A stretch of 32,000 nt of DNA from Candidatus Saccharimonadota bacterium (GTDB lineage: Bacteria > Pseudomonadota > Gammaproteobacteria > Enterobacterales > Enterobacteriaceae): positions 390,001-422,000 of the forward strand of contig NZ_LT667503.1 in NCBI RefSeq assembly GCF_900128735.1, given 5' to 3'. A program made the position numbers and the translations under genes. The notes beneath the pieces were generated by a model that was given only the letters and a program-made list of their open reading frames with translations, was not told the DNA's origin and ran no database searches. Within the stretch, counting starts at the first letter, position 1; the number at the start of each line of letters is the position of its first letter. Shown here one piece after another: positions 11,966 to 22,319 of the stretch.

Positions 11966-12324
11966 TTACCATTTAAAAACAATGTCAAAATCATTAATTT
12001 TTTTTTTAATTTTTTTTAAATTTAAAAATTGCACATCTAATATAAAATTATCAAATTTCTTTAAACCACGTTCTTCCATTGATTTTTCACAAAAAAAAAA
12101 TCAGTAATATCATATAAAAGCAATAATTTAAACGTTTTTATATAATTAAATGAAAAAATAAATTTTGGTAATTGATTTGGTAATAATTGAAAAACACCGT
12201 CTTCAATAAAAAAGAGTCCAATTCTTTCGGTTTGTAATGAAAAAGCTAAGATAACATCCAAACCTTCTTTGCTTATACTATTTCCATGTGGTACATTAGA
12301 AAAAATAAACGCAATCGATTTCAT
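11966..12324 (-). pseudogene. tusC: tusC (DsrF family) with reading frame broken at a homopolymer; one extra base restores a 119-aa protein
   Basis: The 12061-12324 ORF (MKSIAFIFSNVPHGNSISKEGLD...FFIEDGVFQLLPNQ) matches the TusC N-terminus and stops 8 codons after the T10 (sense) tract. The shifted frame then reads CEKSMEERGLKKFDNFILDVQFLNLKKIKKKINDFDIVFKW, ending at TAA 11966-11968. That matches the TusC C-terminus (CAASLRERGL...NYDVILRF). The span is 359 nt, which is 120 codons minus 1 nt. Confidence 0.85.
12091..12100 (-). repeat. A10 (plus strand) / T10 (sense) homopolymer at the tusC frame break
   Basis: Counted directly: cac-aaaaaaaaaa-tcag. Confidence 0.95.
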
Positions 12325-12345
12325 AAATTTAAATTAATTAATGAG

Positions 12346-12732
12346 TTAAAATTGTATAATTCGATCACATGAACACGTTAACAACGCTAATTCATATAAA
12401 CTAAACCATTCAAAATAAGAAGAAAAATTTCCTTTTAAATAGCCTAATTTTAACGCTGTATCATCATCAATCACTCCTCGCCGATGCGCAGCGCTAGAAC
12501 ACAAATAAAGATTTATATTGTATTTTTTTTTTAATAAAACCCAAGATTGTATAATATTAAAATCATCTGTAGTAGGATATAACATATCATTTGCATTATA
12601 TACTGCAGAAAAATAAAAAAATACACCTTTTAAAGAAAAGTTTTGCGATAACAATGATTTTGAAAATAAAAATGATGTACTAGAATTTTGAGCTCCATAT
12701 GGTGGGCCTGTAACAAAAATAATAAATTTCAT
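12346..12732 (-). CDS. tusD: Sulfurtransferase TusD (DsrE family)
   Basis: 128-aa ORF reading MKFIIFVTGPPYG...VFFYFSAVYNAN...LCSSAAHRRGV...LLTCSCDRIIQF, colinear with E. coli TusD. The active-site Cys is retained in LCSSAA. Confidence 0.9.
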   Translation of the reverse strand: MKFIIFVTGPPYGAQNSSTSFLFSKSLLSQNFSLKGVFFYFSAVYNANDMLYPTTDDFNIIQSWVLLKKKYNINLYLCSSAAHRRGVIDDDTALKLGYLKGNFSSYFEWFSLYELALLTCSCDRIIQF

Positions 12733-13182
12733 ATAAAAAAACCAAAATTTTCATATTTTTTATAAAATGTTGACTATTAATCGTATATATAAAAAAAACA
12801 TAATCACTAAAAAATAAAAAAGAACAGAAAAAAAAGAAAATAGATTCTTGTGTAACTAATAACTTAATTTTTCAAAAAATTACTAAAAACTCTAACTAAA
12901 TATAGTTTAAATCTAAAGTATATCTAATTTTTTATTAAGCAAAATATTGTAAAATTAATTTTGATTTCTAATGATATCTGTAATTTATTTATAAATTAAT
13001 AAAAAGATATTTTCTTAATATATCATGGATATATAAAAAAAACTAAAAAAACTACATAAAACAAAAAAATACATAAAAAATAAGTTATTTTTCATAAAAA
13101 ATATTATGATAATCATGTAAAAAATTTTAAGAATCAATACAAAAATAAATTAAAAGAAAAAAATAAATATATATTAATATTT

Positions 13183-14193
13183 TTATGAATTTAAAATATT
13201 TTGAACTTGACATAAAGTTTTTTCGCTATGTATCCGCGCATTTTCCGCGCCTAATCGTAATATATCATATAAATAATGTATGTCTTTGCGAAAAAAAAAA
13301 TAAGATTTTTGAATTTTTAATATCACTTCTAACAAAATATCTAATAAAGATTTTTTGAAATATTGATAAGTACATTTATTGAATTCTATCTCCAAATCAG
13401 AAATTTTTTTACCAGTTAATGATGATAAAATTACCAATAAATTAGAAATTCCCGGTTTATTATATTGATCATATTTAACTTCTGGCGGATTGCTAGAATC
13501 AGTAAGAGATTTATATAACTTAATACGTATTGAGTCTATTGAATCTAATAAAAAGATAGAATTATTAAGATTATTATCAGATTTAGACATTTTTTTCATA
13601 GGATTTTGTAATGCCATAATTTTAAAACCAACATTATTTAAAATAATAGAAGGAATTGTAAAAATATTGCCATATCTTTTATTAAAACGACGAGCAATAG
13701 TACCTACTAACTCTAAATGTTGTTTTTGATCTAAACCAACTGGTACAAAATTCGTTTGATATAAAAGAATATCAGCTGCCATTAATATTGGGTAACTAAA
13801 TAAAGAAAGATTAATTGGGCTATTTTGGTTTAAATTAACTTTATATTTAAATTGCGTCATTCTAGATAATTCGCCAAAATAACTAAAATTACTTAATATC
13901 CAATGTAACTGCGTATGCTGATAAACATTGGATTGCAGAAAAATAATGCTTTTACTCGGATCTACACCGCAAGATAAATATAATGCTAAAGTATCTAAAA
14001 TTCTATTATTTAAAGATTCTTTAGACTTTTTTGGTAAAATAGTTAAAGCATGAAGATCAGATATACAAAAAAAACATAAATATTTTTTTTGAAACTCAGT
14101 CCAACGATTAATAGTACCGCAATAATTACCAATAGTTAAAAAACCTGACGGCTGAACACCAGTAAACAAAATACTTTTAGAAATCTTTTGCAC
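13183..14193 (-). CDS. trpS: Tryptophan--tRNA ligase
   Basis: 336-aa ORF with class-I motifs: a HIGH-like segment (TGVQPSGFLTIGNYCG) and KMSKS (KKMSKSD). Confidence 0.95.
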   Translation of the reverse strand: MQKISKSILFTGVQPSGFLTIGNYCGTINRWTEFQKKYLCFFCISDLHALTILPKKSKESLNNRILDTLALYLSCGVDPSKSIIFLQSNVYQHTQLHWILSNFSYFGELSRMTQFKYKVNLNQNSPINLSLFSYPILMAADILLYQTNFVPVGLDQKQHLELVGTIARRFNKRYGNIFTIPSIILNNVGFKIMALQNPMKKMSKSDNNLNNSIFLLDSIDSIRIKLYKSLTDSSNPPEVKYDQYNKPGISNLLVILSSLTGKKISDLEIEFNKCTYQYFKKSLLDILLEVILKIQKSYFFFRKDIHYLYDILRLGAENARIHSEKTLCQVQNILNS

Positions 14194-14276
14194 ATTATTA
14201 CTACCTTATAAAGGTTTAATATATTATTAATATTATCATAAAGATAAAAAATTTTTCTTAAGAAGTATTAAAAATA

Positions 14277-14948
14277 TTAATCGATAATATTCACTTCAGT
14301 AAAATCTTTTATGGTTTGAGAATAATTTTTAGAATTAAAAATAGACGATCCAATAATTGCAATATCAGCACCCATATGTACAATTTTAGAAATATTATCT
14401 AAATTAATACCTCCATCTACAGCTATTAAAATATTTTTATTGTATTGTTTAATAAATTTAGAAATTTCTTTTATTTTTTTTAAGGTTCCTGGCAAAAATT
14501 TTTGACCTCCAAAACCAGGATTAACCGCCATAACTAAAATTAAATCTATTTCATTAATAATATACTTTAAAAAATCCAATGTAGTAGATGGGTTTAATGC
14601 TACGCCCACATAACAACCGGAACTTTTAATTAATCGTAAGATTTTATCTAAATGATTTGTTGTTTCTGGATGAATTGTAATATAAGTAGCACCAGCTTTA
14701 GCAAAAGAAAGTATCAAAGAATCAGTCACTGGCGAAACCATTAAATGAACATCTATAGGAACATGAATATTATTTTTTCGTATTGAGCTTAAAATCATAG
14801 GACTTAAACTAAGATTCGGAACATAATGATTATCCATTACATCAAAATGAATCATACGGCTTCCTGCGGATAAAACATTATTTATTTCCTCTCCAAGATA
14901 ACAAAAATTTGCAGATAATATAGATGCAGAAATCAAAAATTGTTTCAT
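14277..14948 (-). CDS. rpe: Ribulose-phosphate 3-epimerase
   Basis: 223-aa ORF containing SILSANF, HFDVMDNHYVPNL, VNPGFGGQKF and VDGGIN, typical of Rpe. Adjacent to trpS as in enterobacteria. Confidence 0.94.
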   Translation of the reverse strand: MKQFLISASILSANFCYLGEEINNVLSAGSRMIHFDVMDNHYVPNLSLSPMILSSIRKNNIHVPIDVHLMVSPVTDSLILSFAKAGATYITIHPETTNHLDKILRLIKSSGCYVGVALNPSTTLDFLKYIINEIDLILVMAVNPGFGGQKFLPGTLKKIKEISKFIKQYNKNILIAVDGGINLDNISKIVHMGADIAIIGSSIFNSKNYSQTIKDFTEVNIID

Positions 14949-15055
14949 GGTCCTCCAAGTGATTTTATATCATCAAAATAGATATCAAGTTAATAAAAAA
15001 TATAAAAAATTTTTCTTTATCTTTTTTAAAAGCATTAATTTTTAAATTCCATCGT

Positions 15056-16162
15056 TTAAATATCAAAAAAATTTTTTTGATAACAATTATTAATCGCAGT
15101 AATTAATTGAGAATTATCAGTTAATGTATATACTATCGACTTTCCAATAGAAACTGGTAAAACTAAACGAATTTTATTATTTAATACTTTTTTATCACGA
15201 GAAATTAAAGATAAGTAATCATTTGCAGACATATTTTTTGGTCCTAAAATAGGTAAACCAACAATATGGAAAATTGTAATTATTCTTAATAACTCTGAAT
15301 CATCTAAAAAACCTAAAGAATGTGCTAAATAAGCTGCAAGAACGATTCCTGCTGAAACCGCATAACCATGCAACCATTCCTGATAATTCGTATAAGTTTC
15401 GATGGCATGAGCAAAACTATGACCTAAATTAAGGAGAATACGATCATTTTTTTCAGTTTCATCTTTCGCTATAATCTTAGCTTTTATTTCACAACATTTT
15501 TTTATACAATATAATAATGCTTCTTTTTTCAATTTAATAACAAGATTTATATTTTTTTCTAGCCAATTAAAAAATTCTCGATCAAAAATAATTGCATATT
15601 TTATTATTTCAGCAATACCAGAAAGAATCTGTTTTTCTGGTAAAAAAGATAAAAATTGAATATCAATAAAAACAGATAATGGTTGCCAAAAAGAACCGAT
15701 TAAATTTTTCCCTAAACTATGATTAACTCCGGTTTTTCCACCAATAGATGCATCAACTTGAGATAATAACGTGGTAGGGATTTGTATAAAATTAATGCCG
15801 CGCTGATAAATTGAAGCAGAAAAACCTGTCATATCTCCAATTACACCACCACCTAAAGCAATTAAAGTAGCATCGCGTCCATATGAATTTTTTAATAAAA
15901 AAGTAATCAATAATTCTATTTCTTTTAAATTTTTATAATGTTCACCATCTTTTAATAAATATATCTGATTCATTTTTGACAAAAAAAAAGCATGATCTAC
16001 ATTATGTTGTGTAATAATGTCTTTTAATCTTTTATTCGTGATCAAAATATATTTTTTTTCATGTAAAAAAAAATTTTGAATTTTATTTTTCTTCAATAAT
16101 CCCGAACCCAAATAAATAGTATAACTACGGTTACTTAAATTAACGCGAACTTTTTCTAACAT
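15056..16162 (-). CDS. aroB: 3-dehydroquinate synthase
   Basis: 368-aa ORF containing LGGGVIGDMTGF.AS.YQRG, PTTLLSQVDASIGGKTG.N and LNLGHSFAHAIE. The aroK-aroB pair is conserved. Confidence 0.95.
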   Translation of the reverse strand: MLEKVRVNLSNRSYTIYLGSGLLKKNKIQNFFLHEKKYILITNKRLKDIITQHNVDHAFFLSKMNQIYLLKDGEHYKNLKEIELLITFLLKNSYGRDATLIALGGGVIGDMTGFSASIYQRGINFIQIPTTLLSQVDASIGGKTGVNHSLGKNLIGSFWQPLSVFIDIQFLSFLPEKQILSGIAEIIKYAIIFDREFFNWLEKNINLVIKLKKEALLYCIKKCCEIKAKIIAKDETEKNDRILLNLGHSFAHAIETYTNYQEWLHGYAVSAGIVLAAYLAHSLGFLDDSELLRIITIFHIVGLPILGPKNMSANDYLSLISRDKKVLNNKIRLVLPVSIGKSIVYTLTDNSQLITAINNCYQKNFFDI

Positions 16163-16197
16163 TGTATTAATACCTTATTATTTAATTATCAAAAAAA

Positions 16198-16740
16198 TTA
16201 AAAAATATCTTTAATATCATATTTTAATCTTAAAATTTTTAAAATCTTATACACAATTGTTTTAACATTGTCGTGATCAGTATTAATCGTAATCTCAGAA
16301 ATACTTTGATATATCGGATTTCTTTCATTAGCTAATTTTTCTAAAATATATTTGTCAGATTGATATAAATTGGTTAATAAAGGTCTATTTTTGTCTAGTT
16401 TTGTACGTAATAATTGTTTTTCAACTGTAGTTTTTAAATAAATAATGATCCCTCGTGTAATTAAAAAATTTCTTGAGCTTAATGAAATAATCGAGCCGCC
16501 ACCTGTAGATAAAACAATTTTATTTTTTTTTGTTAAGTCACTAATCACTTTTTTTTCTCTTCTTCGAAATCCTGATTCGCCTTCTATATCAAAAACCCAC
16601 GCTATGTTAGCACCCGTTCTTTTTTCAATTTCTTGATCTGAATCATAAAAATCCATTTTTAAAAACTGAGCTAACTGACGACCAACTGTACTTTTTCCTG
16701 ATCCCATAGGACCAATTAAAAAAATATTTTTTTCAAACAT
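16198..16740 (-). CDS. aroK: Shikimate kinase I
   Basis: 180-aa ORF containing [36 protein letters not shown] and ANERNPIY. Colinear with E. coli AroK. Confidence 0.95.
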   Translation of the reverse strand: MFEKNIFLIGPMGSGKSTVGRQLAQFLKMDFYDSDQEIEKRTGANIAWVFDIEGESGFRRREKKVISDLTKKNKIVLSTGGGSIISLSSRNFLITRGIIIYLKTTVEKQLLRTKLDKNRPLLTNLYQSDKYILEKLANERNPIYQSISEITINTDHDNVKTIVYKILKILRLKYDIKDIF

Positions 16741-16973
16741 ACTCTTATATCCAAGAAAAATAAAAAATAATTAATTTTTTTATGAAAAATAAAAAAAATT
16801 TCGTATATGAACTTATTAAATATAAAAAAAGATCAAATATATTATTAATATAGCAAAAAAATAAAAATAATTATATAAAATATATATATCATTCCCGATT
16901 ATTTATATTATGAATTTCTTTAATCCATTATTATAATTCTATAACTAGAATATATCTTTTCATGGATTAAACA

Positions 16974-17002
16974 TTGAAATAAAATAATAAAAAATGTATA
17001 AT
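16974..17002 (+). promoter_or_regulatory. Candidate sigma-70 promoter for tRNA-Ser
   Basis: TTGAAA (16974-16979), 17-nt spacer, TATAAT (16997-17002), about 33 nt upstream of the mature tRNA 5' end. TATAAT is common by chance in DNA this A/T-rich, so support is only moderate. Confidence 0.3.
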
Positions 17003-17034
17003 TTTGTTTATAAAATACATTAAAAAATAAATAA

Positions 17035-17121
17035 GGTGAGATGTCTGAGAGGTCGAAAGAGCATGCTTGGAAAGCATGTATATGATAAAACGTATCAAGG
17101 GTTCGAATCCCTTTCTCACCA
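17035..17121 (+). tRNA. tRNA-Ser (anticodon GGA), long variable arm, no encoded CCA
   Basis: GGTGAGATGTCTGAGAGGTCGAAAGAGCATGCTTGGAAAGCATGTATATGATAAAACGTATCAAGGGTTCGAATCCCTTTCTCACCA. It folds as a class-II tRNA, has anticodon loop TT-GGA-AA, and closely resembles E. coli tRNA-Ser(GGA). Confidence 0.92.
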
Positions 17122-17279
17122 TTGCTAAAACTCAATAAATATTTAATATAATTATAATCATTAAAGAAAATTATAAAAATTCCAGTCTTAAAAAGACTCA
17201 TAAAAAAAATTTATAAAATAATTTTATAGAAAAATTAAGATATAGAGATAGAATTATATATCTCAATTATTTAATAAAT

Positions 17280-17861
17280 TTAACTATATGAATGAGTTCC
17301 ATGCTGATGATCTGTGATATCTTGAACCCCTTTAATTTGAGGAAATTCTTCCATTAACTTTTTTTCAATTCCATCTTTCAAAGTTATATCAATCATTGAG
17401 CATCCATTACAGCTACCTATAAATTTTAAAAGAATATAACCAGAATTAGTCATTTTTATAAATAATACTTTTCCTCCATGTAAAGATAATTGAGGATTAA
17501 TTACTTCTATTAAAAAATATTGAATTTTTTCTTCTAAAGAAGAAGATTCATTAAGCGCTTTTAAAGATTTTGAAAAAGGTGCGTTTAATGTAATTTTTTT
17601 TTCTAAATTATTTTCTATCAAATCAACCTTTACATCTCTTAAAAAAAATAAAATAGATCGGCAAATATAGAGATCAAAATACTTATATGATATTTTTTTA
17701 TCAGATATTTTATCTATATCTTCTAAAAAACAAAATTCCATACCGCATTCAGCTCGAAAAGTACCGGGGAATTTCATAAAAATTCTAATACCTACTAAAC
17801 CATCTTGTTTTAACATTAATTCATGTATATATTTTTGAACTAAATTCGAAAAAGTAATCAT
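17280..17861 (-). CDS. nfuA: Fe/S biogenesis protein NfuA
   Basis: 193-aa ORF containing NPQLSLHGGKV, GSCNGCSMIDITLKDGIEKKL and ending HQHGTHSY. Colinear with E. coli NfuA (YhgI), CXXC retained. Confidence 0.92.
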   Translation of the reverse strand: MITFSNLVQKYIHELMLKQDGLVGIRIFMKFPGTFRAECGMEFCFLEDIDKISDKKISYKYFDLYICRSILFFLRDVKVDLIENNLEKKITLNAPFSKSLKALNESSSLEEKIQYFLIEVINPQLSLHGGKVLFIKMTNSGYILLKFIGSCNGCSMIDITLKDGIEKKLMEEFPQIKGVQDITDHQHGTHSYS

Positions 17862-18005
17862 AAAAGTTTTTTTATATTATGTTATTGATTATATATTTTA
17901 CCTATATTAGAATAAAATCTCAAGAAATAAAAAAAAAAATTGATTTTTTTGATTAAAAAAATAATTTATAAAATCTTCAGAAAATTTTTTTTAAAAAAAC
18001 TTATT

Positions 18006-18779
18006 ATGTACATAATAAAACATAAATTAAAAATAAAAAAAAAAATAAATTTAGTATTTTTTCATGGATGGGGGTTAGATTCAAATATCTGGACCTATAT
18101 ACTAACTATATTAAAACCTTATTATAATATATATTTTATAGATTTTCCTGGATTTGGAAAAAATATTAAAGAACCACTTAAAAATTTTAATGAAATTTCT
18201 CAAAAAATATTAAAAAAATTACCAGAAAAAGTTATATGGATAGGATGGTCTATGGGTGGGTTAATGGCGACTGATATAGGGCTAAAGTATCCCGAACGTA
18301 CAAAAGGAATAATTTTAATCACTTCTTCACCATGTTTTATTGAAAAAAAAAATTGGTTAGGAATAAAAATTGTAACACTTAAAAAAATAAAAAAAGAAAT
18401 TTTAACCAATTATTCAAATTTTTTAAAAAGTTTTCAAGTATTACATATAAAAAACAAACTAAAAATTAATATTCACGTATTAAATTTTAATAATATTAAA
18501 AAAAATTTCTTAAAACCTACAAAAAATTCTATAAAATATGGATTAAAATGGTTAATCCAAATAGACCAAAGAAAAAAAATATGTAATATACAAGTACCAT
18601 TATTACAAATATATGGATCATTAGATAATATGGTACCTGCACGTATTGATGTAAAATTAAAAAATCTATATCAAAAACATTATTCTTATGTTATTCCATA
18701 TTCAAAACACGCGCCTTTCTTTTCACATCCAAAAGAATTGTGCTATATAATTATGCAATTTATTAACCATATCGATTAA
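18006..18779 (+). CDS. bioH: Pimeloyl-[acyl-carrier protein] methyl ester esterase BioH (alpha/beta hydrolase)
   Basis: Contains LVFFHGWGLDSNIW, DFPGFGKN, GWSMGG (nucleophile elbow), SSPCF and HAPFFSHP, matching E. coli BioH. The ATG at 18006 gives 257 aa versus 256 in E. coli. The track's upstream TTG start at 17940 is unlikely. Divergent from nfuA as in E. coli. Confidence 0.88.
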   Translation: MYIIKHKLKIKKKINLVFFHGWGLDSNIWTYILTILKPYYNIYFIDFPGFGKNIKEPLKNFNEISQKILKKLPEKVIWIGWSMGGLMATDIGLKYPERTKGIILITSSPCFIEKKNWLGIKIVTLKKIKKEILTNYSNFLKSFQVLHIKNKLKINIHVLNFNNIKKNFLKPTKNSIKYGLKWLIQIDQRKKICNIQVPLLQIYGSLDNMVPARIDVKLKNLYQKHYSYVIPYSKHAPFFSHPKELCYIIMQFINHID

Positions 18780-18810
18780 AAAAAATTTTAATACTACCTA
18801 ATCAAAAAAA

Positions 18811-19347
18811 TTAAAATGGCATATCGTCATCATCAAAATCTATTTTTGAAGCAGATTTAACTAAATTAGATTTTTGATTATTTTCTTGAGAAGGAACGTT
18901 AGATAAAGATTCAAGATCATCTAAAGGATTATTATCTTTAATATTTGGTTTTTTTATAAATTTTGAAATATTTTCAGGATTGTTTAAAGTTCCAGTATTT
19001 CGATTGCCTAACATTTGCATTGTACCAGTTACACTAACAATAATTTCGGTAGTATAACGGTCTATCCCATTTTGATCTTGCCATTTACGAGTTTGTAAAG
19101 AACCTTCAATATATATTTGTGCGCCTTTTTTTAAATATTTTCCTGCAATTTCAGCTAGTTTACCAAATAAAACAACACGGTGCCATTCTGTTTTTTCTCG
19201 TGTTTCCCCTGTATTTTTATCTTTCCATGTATCAGAAGTCGCTATATTAATATTAGTTACAGCACTTCCGTTAGGCATATATCGCAAGTCTGGATCTTGA
19301 CCTAAATTACCAATTAAAATAGCTTTATTAACACCTTTGCTAGCCAT
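18811..19347 (-). CDS. ssb: Single-stranded DNA-binding protein
   Basis: 178-aa ORF starting [27 protein letters not shown], with [14 protein letters not shown] further on and the acidic tail DFDDDDMPF. Confidence 0.96.
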   Translation of the reverse strand: MASKGVNKAILIGNLGQDPDLRYMPNGSAVTNINIATSDTWKDKNTGETREKTEWHRVVLFGKLAEIAGKYLKKGAQIYIEGSLQTRKWQDQNGIDRYTTEIIVSVTGTMQMLGNRNTGTLNNPENISKFIKKPNIKDNNPLDDLESLSNVPSQENNQKSNLVKSASKIDFDDDDMPF

Positions 19348-19628
19348 AAATATCTTTTAACCTAATTTTATAGTATTACAAATATATACTTATTTAAAAA
19401 AATAAAAAAAATATATCTTTATATATTTAAAACATATAAAAATAATATTTATATTTATTTGTTGATATCATAGTATATCAAAATAATATATATTATGACG
19501 AGTCAATTTTTATTATTTTCTAAAAAAAATTTCTTATAATTTTTTAAAAAAATAACCACTATATAAAATTTAAAATATATTATATACTTGATCAAAAATA
19601 ATTATTAAAAAAATAATTTAAAAAATAA

Positions 19629-20648
19629 ATGAATAAAAAAAAAAATAATATAAAAAAAACAAAATTATGTATCAAAGAAAAATACTCAAATAAATTTTCT
19701 GTTGCTCCAATGTTACACTATACTGATCAATATTGTAGATATTTTTATAGACAATTAACAAAAAAAACATTATTGTATACAGAAATGGTAACTACTCATG
19801 AAATGTTATACAGAAATACTCATGACCATATAAAATATATACCATATCATCAAAATCCTATTGCAATACAAATTGCTGGAAATAATATTAAAGATTTAAA
19901 AAAATGCGCAGAAATTGCATATATAATGGGATTTAATGAAATTAATTTAAATATTGGATGCCCCTCTAAAAAAGCTCAACTAGGAGGATTCGGTGCTATA
20001 TTAATGCAATATCCTCAGTTAATTTTTAATATTATTCAAGCTATATTTAATGCTGTCCCTATACCTATTAGTATTAAAATACGCCTAGGTACACAAGACC
20101 AAAATAATTACCAATTTTTATATAACTTTATTAGAACTATTTCTAAAAGAGAATATTGTAAACGATTTATTATACATGCACGTATTGCTAATTTAAAAAT
20201 ATCTAATACAAAAAAGAACCGTTCAATCCCTCCTTTAAATTATGCGTATGTATATAAAATAAAAAAAGACTTTCCAAATCTAAAAATCATCTTAAACGGT
20301 GGTATAAAAAATCTTCATGAAGCTAAAAAACATTTAAAAATAATCGATGGAGTTATGCTAGGGCGAGCTATCTATAAAAATCCTTTACAATTACGTCATG
20401 TAGATAAAAAAATCTTTTCACAAAATACTGAATTTAACAAAAAAATTTTTTTATATAAAATGAAAAAATACATAAATGTAAATATCTTAAGAAAAATTCC
20501 CATAATATATACTTTACGCCATATGGTAAATATTTTCTACGGAAATAAAGAATCTAAAAAATTAAAAAAATATTTTTTAGATCATATAAAAAATAACAAA
20601 AATACAAAAATCTTATTTAAAAAATTATCAGAAAAAATAAATTTTTAA
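19629..20648 (+). CDS. dusA: tRNA-dihydrouridine(20/20a) synthase DusA
   Basis: 339-aa ORF containing FSVAPMLHYTDQYCRYF, LLYTEMVTT, EINLNIGCPS, IHAR and INGGI, matching E. coli DusA. In-frame A11 tract at 19635-19645. Confidence 0.9.
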   Translation: MNKKKNNIKKTKLCIKEKYSNKFSVAPMLHYTDQYCRYFYRQLTKKTLLYTEMVTTHEMLYRNTHDHIKYIPYHQNPIAIQIAGNNIKDLKKCAEIAYIMGFNEINLNIGCPSKKAQLGGFGAILMQYPQLIFNIIQAIFNAVPIPISIKIRLGTQDQNNYQFLYNFIRTISKREYCKRFIIHARIANLKISNTKKNRSIPPLNYAYVYKIKKDFPNLKIILNGGIKNLHEAKKHLKIIDGVMLGRAIYKNPLQLRHVDKKIFSQNTEFNKKIFLYKMKKYINVNILRKIPIIYTLRHMVNIFYGNKESKKLKKYFLDHIKNNKNTKILFKKLSEKINF

Positions 20649-20773
20649 GAAAAAAAAAATCTTGAAAAATTTTTTATTATCTTTTACAAGTTATTTTTAT
20701 ATAAAATTCTATTGCATTAGAAATTGTACTTATGAATAATAAAAAAAATTAGTTAAATTATGCAAGAGAAAAT

Positions 20774-22168
20774 ATGCTTATGAAAGAAAAAATTCTACAT
20801 CAAGAAAAATTTAAAATACCTCCTTATTCCTTAGAAGCAGAACAGTCTTTATTAGGAGGGTTAATGTTAGATAATCAGCAATGGGATATAATTTCTGAAT
20901 ATATTGTACAAGAAGATTTTTTTAACCGACAACACCAAATAATTTTTTATGAAATGAAAAGTTTAATAGATCGTGGCTATCCTATAGATTTAATTACATT
21001 ATCAGAATCATTAGAACAAAAAGGAGAATTAAATAATATCGGACGATTTTCATATTTAGCAGAAATATCTAAAAATACGCCTAGTATTGCTAATATTGTT
21101 ACATATGCAGAAATTATTCGAGAACGAGCTATTACAAGAGAAATTATCTTAGCTGCGCATAATATCGCTAATGCAGGATATCAACCAAATGGTAGAAAAA
21201 GTATTGAATTATTAGATTATGCAGAATCAAGTATTTTTAAAATATCAGAAATAAGAATGCATAAAAACGACGGACCAAAAAATATTGAAATTATTTTAGA
21301 CAAAACAATCGCTTCTATTGAAAAAATATTTCAAGAACCAAACAATGGAATTACTGGCTTAAATACCGGTTATCATGATTTAAACAAAAAAACCTCAGGC
21401 TTACAAAAATCAGACTTAATAATCATAGCTGCACGACCTTCAATGGGTAAAACAACCTTTGCAATGAATTTATGTGAAAATACAGCTATGTTATATGAAA
21501 AACCTATTTTAATTTTTAGTTTAGAAATGCCAGCCGAACAAATTATGATTCGCATGTTAGCATCATTATCTCGTATTAATCAAACAAAAATTCGTACGGG
21601 AAAATTAAATGACGAAGAATGGAGCCGTATTTCTAGTACTATTAATATTTTATTAAAAAAGAAAAATATTTACATAGATGATTCAGCCGGACTAACATCC
21701 AACGAAATTCGTTCTCGCGCACGCCGTATATACAGAGAAAATAAAGGGTTAAGTTTAATTATGATTGACTATTTACAACTTATTACTATCCCAACACTAT
21801 CTGGAAATAGAACCTTAGAAATAGCTGAAATTTCAAGAACATTAAAATCATTAGCAAAAGAATTAAAAATTCCTATAATTGCATTATCTCAATTAAATCG
21901 ATCACTAGAACAGAGATCTGATAAAAGACCAATAAACTCTGATCTTCGAGAATCTGGTTCATTAGAACAAGACGCTGATCTTATTATATTTATTTATCGA
22001 GATGAATTATATCATGAACAAAGTGAATTAAAAGGTATTGCAGAAATAATTATTGGAAAGCAAAGGAATGGACCAACAGGAACTATTCATTTAACATTCA
22101 ACGGACAATGGTCACGATTTGATAATTATGCTAACCCTACAATGCATATCAATGTAAAAAAAAATTAA
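20774..22168 (+). CDS. dnaB: Replicative DNA helicase DnaB
   Basis: 464-aa ORF containing PPYSLEAEQSLLGG, Walker A ARPSMGKTTFA, IDYLQL, SQLNRSLEQR and GKQRNGPTG. Confidence 0.97.
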   Translation: MLMKEKILHQEKFKIPPYSLEAEQSLLGGLMLDNQQWDIISEYIVQEDFFNRQHQIIFYEMKSLIDRGYPIDLITLSESLEQKGELNNIGRFSYLAEISKNTPSIANIVTYAEIIRERAITREIILAAHNIANAGYQPNGRKSIELLDYAESSIFKISEIRMHKNDGPKNIEIILDKTIASIEKIFQEPNNGITGLNTGYHDLNKKTSGLQKSDLIIIAARPSMGKTTFAMNLCENTAMLYEKPILIFSLEMPAEQIMIRMLASLSRINQTKIRTGKLNDEEWSRISSTINILLKKKNIYIDDSAGLTSNEIRSRARRIYRENKGLSLIMIDYLQLITIPTLSGNRTLEIAEISRTLKSLAKELKIPIIALSQLNRSLEQRSDKRPINSDLRESGSLEQDADLIIFIYRDELYHEQSELKGIAEIIIGKQRNGPTGTIHLTFNGQWSRFDNYANPTMHINVKKN

Positions 22169-22319
22169 AAATCTATATTATATCGCGTGCAAAATTTTAT
22201 AAATAAAATATGATTTTCAATCATCGAAAATTTATTGAATTAAAGATTAAATAATTTCTAAAAATTTAAGAACCCACTTAATCATAAAATTTTTTTTAAT
22301 AAGGTCATTTATTTTCATT

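Noticed and set aside
12768-12773. TTGACT hexamer on the plus strand in the tusD-trpS spacer as a possible -35 element.
   Set aside because: No -10 element lies at an acceptable spacing and there is no downstream plus-strand gene. Both flanking genes are on the minus strand.
16920-17201. 93-aa minus-strand ORF.
   Set aside because: It runs straight through the tRNA-Ser gene (17035-17121) on the opposite strand. The tRNA call is far better supported.
17940-18005. N-terminal extensions suggested by the ORF track: TTG start for bioH at 17940, TTG for mutY at 23726, ATG at 11190 for rpsG, ATG at 11972 for tusB.
   Set aside because: Alignment with E. coli N-termini supports the downstream ATGs at 18006, 23765, 11172 and 11960. 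For rpsG a GAGGAG Shine-Dalgarno sits inside the supposed extension. The extensions are low-complexity.
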